Source: an uncultured virus (IMG/VR IMGVR_UViG_3300042894_002899) (taxonomy: Duplodnaviria > Heunggongvirae > Uroviricota > Caudoviricetes). From it: 64,000 nucleotides of DNA. The translations under genes and the position numbers were made by a program. Shown here in pieces: positions 38,902 to 46,920 of the stretch. Below the pieces are notes generated by a model, which worked only from the letters and a program-made list of their open reading frames with translations, was not told the DNA's origin and ran no database searches. The stretch lies in IMG/VR virus record IMGVR_UViG_3300042894_002899, positions 1-64,000 of that record; one strand, written 5' to 3'. The stretch's first letter is position 1. Each line of letters opens with the position of its first letter.

Positions 38902-41274
38902 ATGGATTTATTCAATCCACCAAAAACATTTAATTACAACATTATGATAGAGGATTTGGACTTTTCTTTATATGAAAACCCAATTATACAAGTTGTATGG
39001 GAAGATTTACCGGAAAACTTTACACAAGATAAGATTAAAAGTGTAAAACATTACTTCTCCAAGAAGTATAATACGACCAACGTAAACGTTCTCACAAAGG
39101 CTAAAAACGTCGAGACTGATACAATGCAGAGTATTGATGTTTCGGTAAATATTGCTGACGAGAACTACCAATTAGACTTGTTAAAAAGTTTCCTTGAATC
39201 AAAAGGATATAAAGATAAAGTCGATGATGTCTTATCAATCAATAAAATGGTTGATAATAAAATGTCTGGTGATGAAGAAAATCAAGCTCAGTTTAAGAAA
39301 TGGTATATCCGTAATATCGAGTTCTCAAACTTCTTATCTTATGGTGAAAATCAAAAGTTAGATTTTGATAAATTAAATGGTATTGTAGTAGTTGAATCAG
39401 ATCCACCTAACTTCGGAGGTAAAACCGTACTTACGGTGGATCTTTTAATGTTCTTGTTCTTTAACGAAACAACTAAGACATCTAAGGCTGAGGAAATATT
39501 TAATAGATTCTCAAACAAAGATGTTGTTTCTGTTAAGGGTGAAATTACAATCGACGGAGAGGACTATATCATTGTTAGAAAGATCGAAAGAAAGTTATCC
39601 AAGAAAAGTGAATGGAATGTTAAGACCGAATTAGACTTCTTTAAAAAATTATCAGATGGTAGTTTGTTGAACTTTACTGGAGAACAAAGAAGAGAAACTG
39701 AAGCATTTATTAAAACCTCAATCGGAACAAAAGAAGACTTCTTAATGACGATCCTTACAACAGGATCAAACCTTGAAGAGTTATTAGAGTCAAAACCAAC
39801 AGCCAGAGGTCAAGTACTATCTCGTTTTATGGGTCTTGAGTTTTTGAAGAAAAAAGAAGAGGTTGCAAAAGAGATCTACGGTGAGTTCTCAAAACAAAAG
39901 TTGTCTAATGTGTATTCATCTGAACAACTAAAAGATGATATTACAACACACGAGACATCTATCCAATCACTCAACACTCAAATCGAGGAAAGTAAAAAAG
40001 ACTTGACGAATGTTGAAGAAGCCATCATTAAAGGTAAATCCTATCGTGATGATATGTTGAAGAAAAAACATTCGAACATCGATCAAGAAATTAGTAGATT
40101 AAACCCAACCCAAGTTCAGGAGGAGATCAATACGATTGATTTCGAAAAGAAAGGATATATCTCTAAAATCAACGAACTTAAAGTTGTTGAACCATCTGAG
40201 TTTTACCATGAGGATAAACACGATGAGGTTAAAGAACAATATAATGAGGTCTATAAGGAGATTGTTCAGATTGATACTGAGATTGCTTCGATTAATAAAT
40301 TGAAGTCTGAAGTTGAGGGTGGAATTAAATGTGGTCACTGTGGAATTGAGTTGATGAACGCATCAATCACAAACGCCAAAATTGCCGAACTTGATGGATA
40401 TATCCGTCATAAAGAGGAGAAAACCAAGTTAATGCAGGACTTATCCGTCAAAGAACAAAGTTTTGTTCAGTTGAAAAAAGAATTTGATGAGTATGAGAAA
40501 AACAAACTTGTTAGAGAGAAATATGAGGTGTCGGTTGAAAGTTGTGATTTGAAGATAAGTGCTTTGAATGACAAACTTAAAAGATGGGGAGAGATTCAGG
40601 ATAAGATCCAAGAGAACCAAAAGATTGATGGTCAGTTGATTAAAGCGGATTTAAGACTTGAGGAACTTGAAAGAGAGAAAACCAGAGTAAACTCAGTAAT
40701 TACAAATAATGAGTTCTCAATTAAAGGGTTAGAGGAGAAAATCGAAAACAATAAGAAAACTATTGTTAAGATCAAAGAAGAGGAAGAAAAGGAAAAAATC
40801 TATAAGATATACCTCGAAGCTTACGGTAAAAATGGAGTTTCTAAAATCATAATGAAAACTATGATGCCCCTCATTAATTCTGAATTACAAAGGTTAATGG
40901 AAGACTCATGTTACTTCAAACTTGAAATTAGAATATCTGAAAAAAATGAAGTTGAATTCATTCAAATTGATAATGGTACGGGAATTGAAAAGTTAATGAC
41001 AAGTGGGTCTGGTTTTGAGAAGACGATATCATCTTTAGCTTTGAGATCTGTAATGACTAAGATTTGTACTCTCCCAACTCCAAATTTGGTAATTATGGAT
41101 GAGGTATTCGGAAAAGTATCTCCTGACAACTACGACATGTTGTATGAGTTCTTTGTTAAAGTGAAAAATTACTTTGAGAAAGTGTTCATTATATCTCACT
41201 CTAATCTAATTAACCAATGGGGTGAGCATGTTGTAAAAATCAGTAAAGAAAACAATATTTCAAAAGTTTTATAA
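38902..41274 (+). CDS. sbcC: Rad50/SbcC/T4 gp46-like ABC ATPase with ~130-aa N-terminal extension
   Basis: NFLSYG, NFGGKT Walker A, CGHC zinc hook in coiled coil, SGFE signature, VIMDE, IISH. Confidence 0.9.
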   Translation: MDLFNPPKTFNYNIMIEDLDFSLYENPIIQVVWEDLPENFTQDKIKSVKHYFSKKYNTTNVNVLTKAKNVETDTMQSIDVSVNIADENYQLDLLKSFLESKGYKDKVDDVLSINKMVDNKMSGDEENQAQFKKWYIRNIEFSNFLSYGENQKLDFDKLNGIVVVESDPPNFGGKTVLTVDLLMFLFFNETTKTSKAEEIFNRFSNKDVVSVKGEITIDGEDYIIVRKIERKLSKKSEWNVKTELDFFKKLSDGSLLNFTGEQRRETEAFIKTSIGTKEDFLMTILTTGSNLEELLESKPTARGQVLSRFMGLEFLKKKEEVAKEIYGEFSKQKLSNVYSSEQLKDDITTHETSIQSLNTQIEESKKDLTNVEEAIIKGKSYRDDMLKKKHSNIDQEISRLNPTQVQEEINTIDFEKKGYISKINELKVVEPSEFYHEDKHDEVKEQYNEVYKEIVQIDTEIASINKLKSEVEGGIKCGHCGIELMNASITNAKIAELDGYIRHKEEKTKLMQDLSVKEQSFVQLKKEFDEYEKNKLVREKYEVSVESCDLKISALNDKLKRWGEIQDKIQENQKIDGQLIKADLRLEELEREKTRVNSVITNNEFSIKGLEEKIENNKKTIVKIKEEEEKEKIYKIYLEAYGKNGVSKIIMKTMMPLINSELQRLMEDSCYFKLEIRISEKNEVEFIQIDNGTGIEKLMTSGSGFEKTISSLALRSVMTKICTLPTPNLVIMDEVFGKVSPDNYDMLYEFFVKVKNYFEKVFIISHSNLINQWGEHVVKISKENNISKVL

Positions 41275-41303
41275 AAAAATAGAACGAATCCCAATTTTAT
41301 ACG

Positions 41304-41311
41304 TATATTTG
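41304..41311 (+). promoter_or_regulatory. Bacteroidota-type -7 element TATATTTG
   Basis: Matches TAnnTTTG, upstream of the 41334-sigma operon; no clear -33 element. Confidence 0.55.
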
Positions 41312-41333
41312 TAGAACATTCTAAACGCAACAT

Positions 41334-41861
41334 ATGAATTACTTACTTTTTGTTTATTACGATGATACCGTAAAAGAATCAGAAGAAAAAACAAATCAAA
41401 TCGCAGGGCAAATCGCCGATGTCATGACCTCTAAAGAGATCAAGTTCATGTTTGGAGATAAACACGCAATCTATCACTTCGCATCAGATCTATCTTTGAG
41501 TGAGATGGGAGAACTATTAAATATCATCTCATTTGAGGTGACAGGATTTGAGTTTTTCCTAACACAAAAAACAAAACACAATTTCTCAAATTTCCCTGAG
41601 GAAAATGTAGAACATTTACTATCTTTGAGAAAGACCACACCAAAGAAAAAAACCGCACCAGTAAAACCAGGTCTAAGAACTAATGACATTCGTGGTGGTG
41701 AGAGCTTTTTTGATATTGCAGATCTTATTTTAAACATAAAAAGACCTGAGGTGTGTAATCTTACACTTGATGAATTACTTGATAAAATGGTAGATCAAGG
41801 AGTTGACTCACTCACAGAATTAGAAAAGAAGAAGTTAGAGGAATATTCAAAATCAATTTAA
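41334..41861 (+). CDS. Hypothetical protein with C-terminal DUF6576-like helix bundle
   Basis: LDELLDKMVDQGVDSLTELEKKKLEEYS. Confidence 0.6.
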   Translation: MNYLLFVYYDDTVKESEEKTNQIAGQIADVMTSKEIKFMFGDKHAIYHFASDLSLSEMGELLNIISFEVTGFEFFLTQKTKHNFSNFPEENVEHLLSLRKTTPKKKTAPVKPGLRTNDIRGGESFFDIADLILNIKRPEVCNLTLDELLDKMVDQGVDSLTELEKKKLEEYSKSI

Positions 41862-41870
41862 TAGACATAT

Positions 41871-42671
41871 ATGAAAGACAAAAGTACAGGAGCACCTATC
41901 AATCAGGATGAGATTTACCACTACCTTAAAGACATTAGAAAGATTAAGGTAATGACCGCAGAACGTGAGCGTTATTTGGCGACACGTATGAAGTCTAACG
42001 ATCTCACCTTGACCGAGAAGCAACAGATTGAAGAGGAGTTATTGACGGGTAACCTTCGTTTTGTTATCACCGTTGCAAAACAATATCAAAATCAAGGTTT
42101 GGATCTTTCGGACCTTATTGCTGAAGGTAATCTTGGTTTGATGAAAGCAATCAAAAACTTTGATTGGCACAAAGACCTACGTTTTATATCATATGCGGTA
42201 TGGTGGGTAAAACAATCGATTATTCAGTCACTTAACGACAATTCAAGAACAATCCGTCTCCCAGTCAACGTTGTCCAAGATTTACACAAAGCCAAGAAGG
42301 AGGTTGAACAAACAGGTAAGAAGTTGGACGACAAATTCACAACATTACCTTCAATCATAGATCTTGATATGAACATCAACGAAGAAGGTGATACTTTGGT
42401 GGATATGATTGAGAATAAGGACGCTTTGGCACCTGACGCAGCTTTCCATACCAAAGACATACTTAAAGACAAACTAATGGGTCTATTGAATGTCTTAGAT
42501 GAAAGAGAGAAGATCATAATCGGTGATTACTTTGGTTTGACAGGTACACCAAGAACTTTAGAGGACATTGGTTCTGATTTTGGTTTGACTAAAGAACGTG
42601 TCCGTCAAATTAAAGAAAAGGCACTTCGTAGATTACGAAATGATTCTTCAGAATTATTTGATTATCTATAA
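41871..42671 (+). CDS. Sigma70-family RNA polymerase sigma factor, Bacteroidota primary-sigma-like
   Basis: NLRFVITVAKQYQNQGL, DLIAEGNLGL, FISYAVWW, RTIRLP, LTKERVRQIKEKALRRLR; no region 1.1. Confidence 0.93.
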   Translation: MKDKSTGAPINQDEIYHYLKDIRKIKVMTAERERYLATRMKSNDLTLTEKQQIEEELLTGNLRFVITVAKQYQNQGLDLSDLIAEGNLGLMKAIKNFDWHKDLRFISYAVWWVKQSIIQSLNDNSRTIRLPVNVVQDLHKAKKEVEQTGKKLDDKFTTLPSIIDLDMNINEEGDTLVDMIENKDALAPDAAFHTKDILKDKLMGLLNVLDEREKIIIGDYFGLTGTPRTLEDIGSDFGLTKERVRQIKEKALRRLRNDSSELFDYL

Positions 42672-42675
42672 AATT

Positions 42676-42707
42676 AACCCCACCTACAAGTGGGGTTTTT
42701 TATTTTA
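42676..42707 (+). terminator. Intrinsic terminator after sigma gene
   Basis: AACCCCAC / GTGGGGTT stem plus T tract. Confidence 0.85.
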
Positions 42708-42767
42708 TCCCATTTCTATTTCCTTATCTTATTGTTTTTTGGATATTTATGAAATAAAACAATTTAA

Positions 42768-43913
42768 ATGAATAAGAAATTTTTGCCTTGGTTTTTACTT
42801 TTTTGTGCTATCGGTCTATCGGGAACTGCAGCATATTATAGTGTAATTGGACTCTCAATCATATTTTCGGCGGTTGCCATTCCTGTTATCATAATGGGAT
42901 CATTCTTGGAAATCTCCAAGATTGCAATTGCAACATACTTACATGATAAGTGGAAAGAAACTTATGGACTTCTAAAGATCTATTTAACCACCGCTTTAGT
43001 TACCCTATCCATACTCACTTCAATCGGTATATACGGGTTATTATCCACAGGATTCCAACAAAATATTGCAGGTCTCGAGATTAATAACAAAAAGATTGAA
43101 AACATCGAAGTTAAAAAAGAGAGATTTAATGTTATTAAATTAGACTACCAAAAAGATAAGGAATCTTTAGATAAAGACATTACAAATTTACGAAATGCTT
43201 TATCGAACAACACCACAACTCAAAGTGTTGATAGAACTACAGGACAAGTAATTACACGAGCAAATGGTGGTAATAGAAAGGCATTTGAAACACAATTAAA
43301 GATTGCTCAAGAGAGTAGAGATGTGGTATCGAAGAAAATTGAGTCTTTAAATGATAGTATCACAAGTTTAGATCTTGAAGTATTGGACCTAACCTCAGCC
43401 GAAATTGAGTCAGGTGAGTTGGGGGCAATCAAATACTTGAGTGAGATTACAGGTTGGGACATTAAAAAAACAGCTAACTTTTTTATACTTATGTTAGTTT
43501 TTGTTTTTGATCCTTTGGCAATTGCTTTGGTAATATCAACAAACCAAGCATTTAAGAAATTTAGACAAAAAGATGGTGAGGATGTTCAGGTTAAAACTGA
43601 AATTGTTGAAGTTGAGGTTATTAAAGAAGTACCGGTGGATCGAATTGTTGAGGTTGAAGTACCTGTAGATAGAATTGTTGAAGTTGAAGTACCTGTAGAC
43701 AGAATTGTTGAAGTTGAAGTACCTGTAGATCGAATTGTTGAGATCGTTAGAGAAGTACCAGTTGAAGTAGAAGTACCTGTAGAGGTACCATTCAAGTACT
43801 ATGTTAATGATAACGGTCAAGTGTTTGATGAAGAAGGAAATGAAGTTGACATAAGACTATTCAACAAAAAACTAGAAGAGGTTGAAAGACGAGTATTATC
43901 TTATAAAAAATAA
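42768..43913 (+). CDS. Multi-pass membrane protein with coiled coil and VPVDRIVEVE repeats
   Basis: Three N-terminal TM helices, one later TM (VFVFDPLA), 4x 10-aa repeat; TATTTAT at 42744. Confidence 0.75.
   Translation: MNKKFLPWFLLFCAIGLSGTAAYYSVIGLSIIFSAVAIPVIIMGSFLEISKIAIATYLHDKWKETYGLLKIYLTTALVTLSILTSIGIYGLLSTGFQQNIAGLEINNKKIENIEVKKERFNVIKLDYQKDKESLDKDITNLRNALSNNTTTQSVDRTTGQVITRANGGNRKAFETQLKIAQESRDVVSKKIESLNDSITSLDLEVLDLTSAEIESGELGAIKYLSEITGWDIKKTANFFILMLVFVFDPLAIALVISTNQAFKKFRQKDGEDVQVKTEIVEVEVIKEVPVDRIVEVEVPVDRIVEVEVPVDRIVEVEVPVDRIVEIVREVPVEVEVPVEVPFKYYVNDNGQVFDEEGNEVDIRLFNKKLEEVERRVLSYKK
43626..43745 (+). repeat. 4x 30-bp coding tandem repeat (EVPVDRIVEV)
   Basis: gaagtacctgtagatagaattgttgaagtt and variants. 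Confidence 0.9.
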
Positions 43914-43915
43914 GT

Positions 43916-44509
43916 ATGGAGATTATTGATAATGTTGTTGAGACCAAATTTGAAAATGGGATCAAAAAAATACAAATTGTATTAACACACACCTCAAGAA
44001 CTTTATTTGATTATATGGTTTCGATCAAATATAGATTTGGTGGTAAACCGGTAAGATTACCTCATTATGTTATTGGTAGGGATGGTAAGGTGATTAACTT
44101 ATTGAACGACGATACTAACTGTAGATTTACCAATAACGATAGGATTAATGAAAAGGCAATCATTATTTCTTTGGAAAATTTGGGTTGGTTAGAAAAAGAA
44201 CCGCTAAAACAACATCACATAAACTGGATTGGTAATATTTATAAAGAGAAAGTTGTAGATCGTAAGTGGAGAGACTACTTTTTTTGGCATCCATATACAG
44301 ATATTCAGTTGGAAAAAACTGCAGAACTCTGTAAAGAATTGTCAGAAAAACATGGTATTAAACTTAAATGTGTGGGACACAATACCAAGGTAAAAGGTGT
44401 TGAATCTTTTTTGGGTATATTAACAAGATCAAACTTTGATGAATTTGCCACAGACTTAAGTCCGGCATTTGATTTTGAGAAATTTAATAAGTTATTAGAA
44501 GATGAATAA
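43916..44509 (+). CDS. N-acetylmuramoyl-L-alanine amidase (Amidase_2)-like protein, possibly degenerate
   Basis: IVLTHT, HYVIGRDG, ISLENLG, YTDIQL, DLSPAFDF. Confidence 0.7.
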   Translation: MEIIDNVVETKFENGIKKIQIVLTHTSRTLFDYMVSIKYRFGGKPVRLPHYVIGRDGKVINLLNDDTNCRFTNNDRINEKAIIISLENLGWLEKEPLKQHHINWIGNIYKEKVVDRKWRDYFFWHPYTDIQLEKTAELCKELSEKHGIKLKCVGHNTKVKGVESFLGILTRSNFDEFATDLSPAFDFEKFNKLLEDE

Positions 44510-45095
44510 TTACGATGAAATAAAAATGTTGGTTGAAGCGTCAAGAAGAGCTTTAAAGGGTAAAGTGAATGAAAGTAATAGTACCGACATTCGCAAACAA
44601 TATGGTTTAATCATAGAACAAATATCTGATGAAACTGATAATGTTGAAATTGATGACATCAATATTGAAGAAAAACCAAAAAAAGACTCTGATGAAGTTG
44701 GAGTTAAAAAAGAAAAACAAAAAGCTTATAGGGTATTGAATAATATCATTATCCTCCATGGTAAAACTAAGGCCGATTTACAATTAACCACAGACGAGAA
44801 AAACGCTCTAACATCAAGTGTTGATGAATTTAGAAATGATGTTGCAGAACTTGTTGATTTTGGTGATTTGAATGTTTACCACGATAACGTTGAGTGGAAA
44901 GGTAAAATTTTAGAAAATGATTTAGAATTTTTCTTTTCAATAAACGAACCAAATGGTTTATATATTAAGGGAGACATGATCAAAATTGATCAAGACTATA
45001 TGGAAACTATTACAAAATTGCAAGGGTACTATGAGAAATTTAAAACTAAATGGAGTAAGATAGTTGCTTCAAGACAAGAAGACGTAGAAAAATGA
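44502..45095 (+). CDS. Hypothetical protein
   Basis: Overlapping ORF; VNES and IIEQ Glu sites near the N-terminus. Confidence 0.65.
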   Translation: MNNYDEIKMLVEASRRALKGKVNESNSTDIRKQYGLIIEQISDETDNVEIDDINIEEKPKKDSDEVGVKKEKQKAYRVLNNIIILHGKTKADLQLTTDEKNALTSSVDEFRNDVAELVDFGDLNVYHDNVEWKGKILENDLEFFFSINEPNGLYIKGDMIKIDQDYMETITKLQGYYEKFKTKWSKIVASRQEDVEK

Positions 45096-45445
45096 GAGAA
45101 TTTTTAATAAAAAATTGGAAGAACATCACTCTTGGTATACTAGGGGTGATTTTCGTTTATTTATTGGTTAGGGTTTTTACACCAGCTCCTGATATGTCAG
45201 AACTTAATAAGTATAAGTTGGAACAAATAGATAAGCACATTGAGGAAATGAAAAACATGCAGAAAAGTTTGAGTGACTCCATACAATCTTACCAAAGTAA
45301 AATAACTGAGATTGATGAAAAGATCTCAAAAATCAAAGTGGAGAAGAAAGAGGTGAACAATTATTACACTCAGAAAAAAGAAGAAATAAAAAATGCGGAC
45401 AAAAAACAAATAGATAGTCTGTTGAGAAGTAGATACAATTTTTAA
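45092..45445 (+). CDS. N-terminal TM plus coiled-coil protein (i-spanin-like)
   Basis: Single TM then coiled coil, near amidase-like gene. Confidence 0.5.
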   Translation: MREFLIKNWKNITLGILGVIFVYLLVRVFTPAPDMSELNKYKLEQIDKHIEEMKNMQKSLSDSIQSYQSKITEIDEKISKIKVEKKEVNNYYTQKKEEIKNADKKQIDSLLRSRYNF

Positions 45446-45446
45446 T

Positions 45447-45860
45447 ATGAAAAAAATATTTTTAATTTTTGTTTTTGGTCTTTTTTCACTAACGGTTAGT
45501 GGTCAAAAAGGTATTAAGGATACATCAGAAATGTCCATCCCTTATAGTGTTGCTCAGAAAATGTTATTAGATCTTAATGATTATGATAGACTTAAGGAGT
45601 TATCTAAACTTGATAAAAAAGAAATTGTTGAATTAAATAACAAAGTTGAATTGTTAAATAAAGTAAACCAAACTTGGGTTGAAAAAGATTCTTTGAGTAG
45701 AGAAATAATTTCTGAAACGGAAGAAAAGGTTAAAATTTACAAAGAAGAAAATGAACAACTTAGAGATGATAATAAGAGATTAAAAACTAAGAACACGATA
45801 TTCAATATAATATCAGGAGCAATTGTTGCACCATTAACATACATGATATTATTTAAATAA
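45447..45860 (+). CDS. Signal peptide + coiled coil + C-terminal TM protein (spanin-partner-like)
   Basis: MKKIFLIFVFGLFSLTVSG-Q signal; hydrophobic C-terminus; no lipobox Cys. Confidence 0.5.
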   Translation: MKKIFLIFVFGLFSLTVSGQKGIKDTSEMSIPYSVAQKMLLDLNDYDRLKELSKLDKKEIVELNNKVELLNKVNQTWVEKDSLSREIISETEEKVKIYKEENEQLRDDNKRLKTKNTIFNIISGAIVAPLTYMILFK

Positions 45861-46105
45861 TGGCACTTACGACATCAGATAAAAAAGAGATCGAAACTTT
45901 AATAAAAAAAGAAATTAAAGACTTTTTAGGGTCAAATACCGCAAAACAATTTGAAACTAAATTACTTGACAACATCTCAAAAGAGATGCAACGAGGAGGT
46001 CTTAAAAAAGATGTTAAAGAGATAGTCATAAAATCATTCCAAGAGTACTTTACAGTGATGTATCAACAAAGAGGGTTCTGGGAACAAAAATTCAGAAATG
46101 TATAA
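45860..46105 (+). CDS. Hypothetical protein
   Basis: Coupled ORF (TAATG both ends). Confidence 0.65.
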   Translation: MALTTSDKKEIETLIKKEIKDFLGSNTAKQFETKLLDNISKEMQRGGLKKDVKEIVIKSFQEYFTVMYQQRGFWEQKFRNV

Positions 46106-46896
46106 TGGGAGATGTAATTACAAAACTTAAAGACTCTATCGCGAGTGGTTTAGCCTCAGATCCAGACGCAAGAAGAGATGTTCTTAAAGCGATTGATAAG
46201 GCTAATGTTAATGAAGAATCAAGACATTATTTAGAGTTTTTAAATGATAAAAACGACATGTCTGAGATTTATAAATTAATTAAAAATAAAAAACTTTCTA
46301 ACAATCAAATTAGAAAAAAAATAAAAGAATTTCTCAAAGAACCTAACGATTTGAGGGATTTCCTAAATGCTATTTTGGATACAAAATCGAGTATTGAAAA
46401 GTTAATACCTAAGTCGGGTAAAAAAGAAGAAAATACTGAAGCAACAGGTGCTGGAGGTGCGGGAGCATACTCAATGCCGTTATTCTCAACCACAAAGGGA
46501 GATGTTGTTAAAGGTGTGAAAACCGTTAGAGAACAAATAGAGAGTGATGGTGAGGTTGGGTTAACGGATGGCGAATCAGTTAAAGCAGAAACAAAAGAAG
46601 CGACTAGTTCTTCATCATCAGGTCAATATAGTCAACCGGCTATATGGGCAAAATCTATGAAAAAGAAAGATTGGAAAGGAGCGTCAACAAAATGGATGCC
46701 AGGCTCCAAAAGAGTTCAAGTTAAGAAAAAATGTACAAGATTCCCATACTGTAATCAAGGCGATATAAATGCTCTCAAGATCTTTGAAAATGAGACAGTC
46801 CAAAGTGCGATTGACAGTGTCTCGAGTAGGTATGGCGTTAATAAAGAGTATATTTCAGAGATTGTCTTTCAAGAAATTAGAAAAAGACAAAAATAA
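46105..46896 (+). CDS. Hypothetical protein with duplicated E-AT.....G.YS.P motif
   Basis: TEATGAGGAGAYSMP and KEATSSSSSGQYSQP; KKCTRFPYCNQG. Confidence 0.65.
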   Translation: MGDVITKLKDSIASGLASDPDARRDVLKAIDKANVNEESRHYLEFLNDKNDMSEIYKLIKNKKLSNNQIRKKIKEFLKEPNDLRDFLNAILDTKSSIEKLIPKSGKKEENTEATGAGGAGAYSMPLFSTTKGDVVKGVKTVREQIESDGEVGLTDGESVKAETKEATSSSSSGQYSQPAIWAKSMKKKDWKGASTKWMPGSKRVQVKKKCTRFPYCNQGDINALKIFENETVQSAIDSVSSRYGVNKEYISEIVFQEIRKRQK

Positions 46897-46920
46897 AGAT
46901 ATTTATAAGAAAAATTAAAA

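Noticed and set aside
43536..43820. Minus-strand ORFs with STGTSTST or YRYFNFNN repeats
   Set aside because: Antisense shadows of the VPVDRIVEVE repeat
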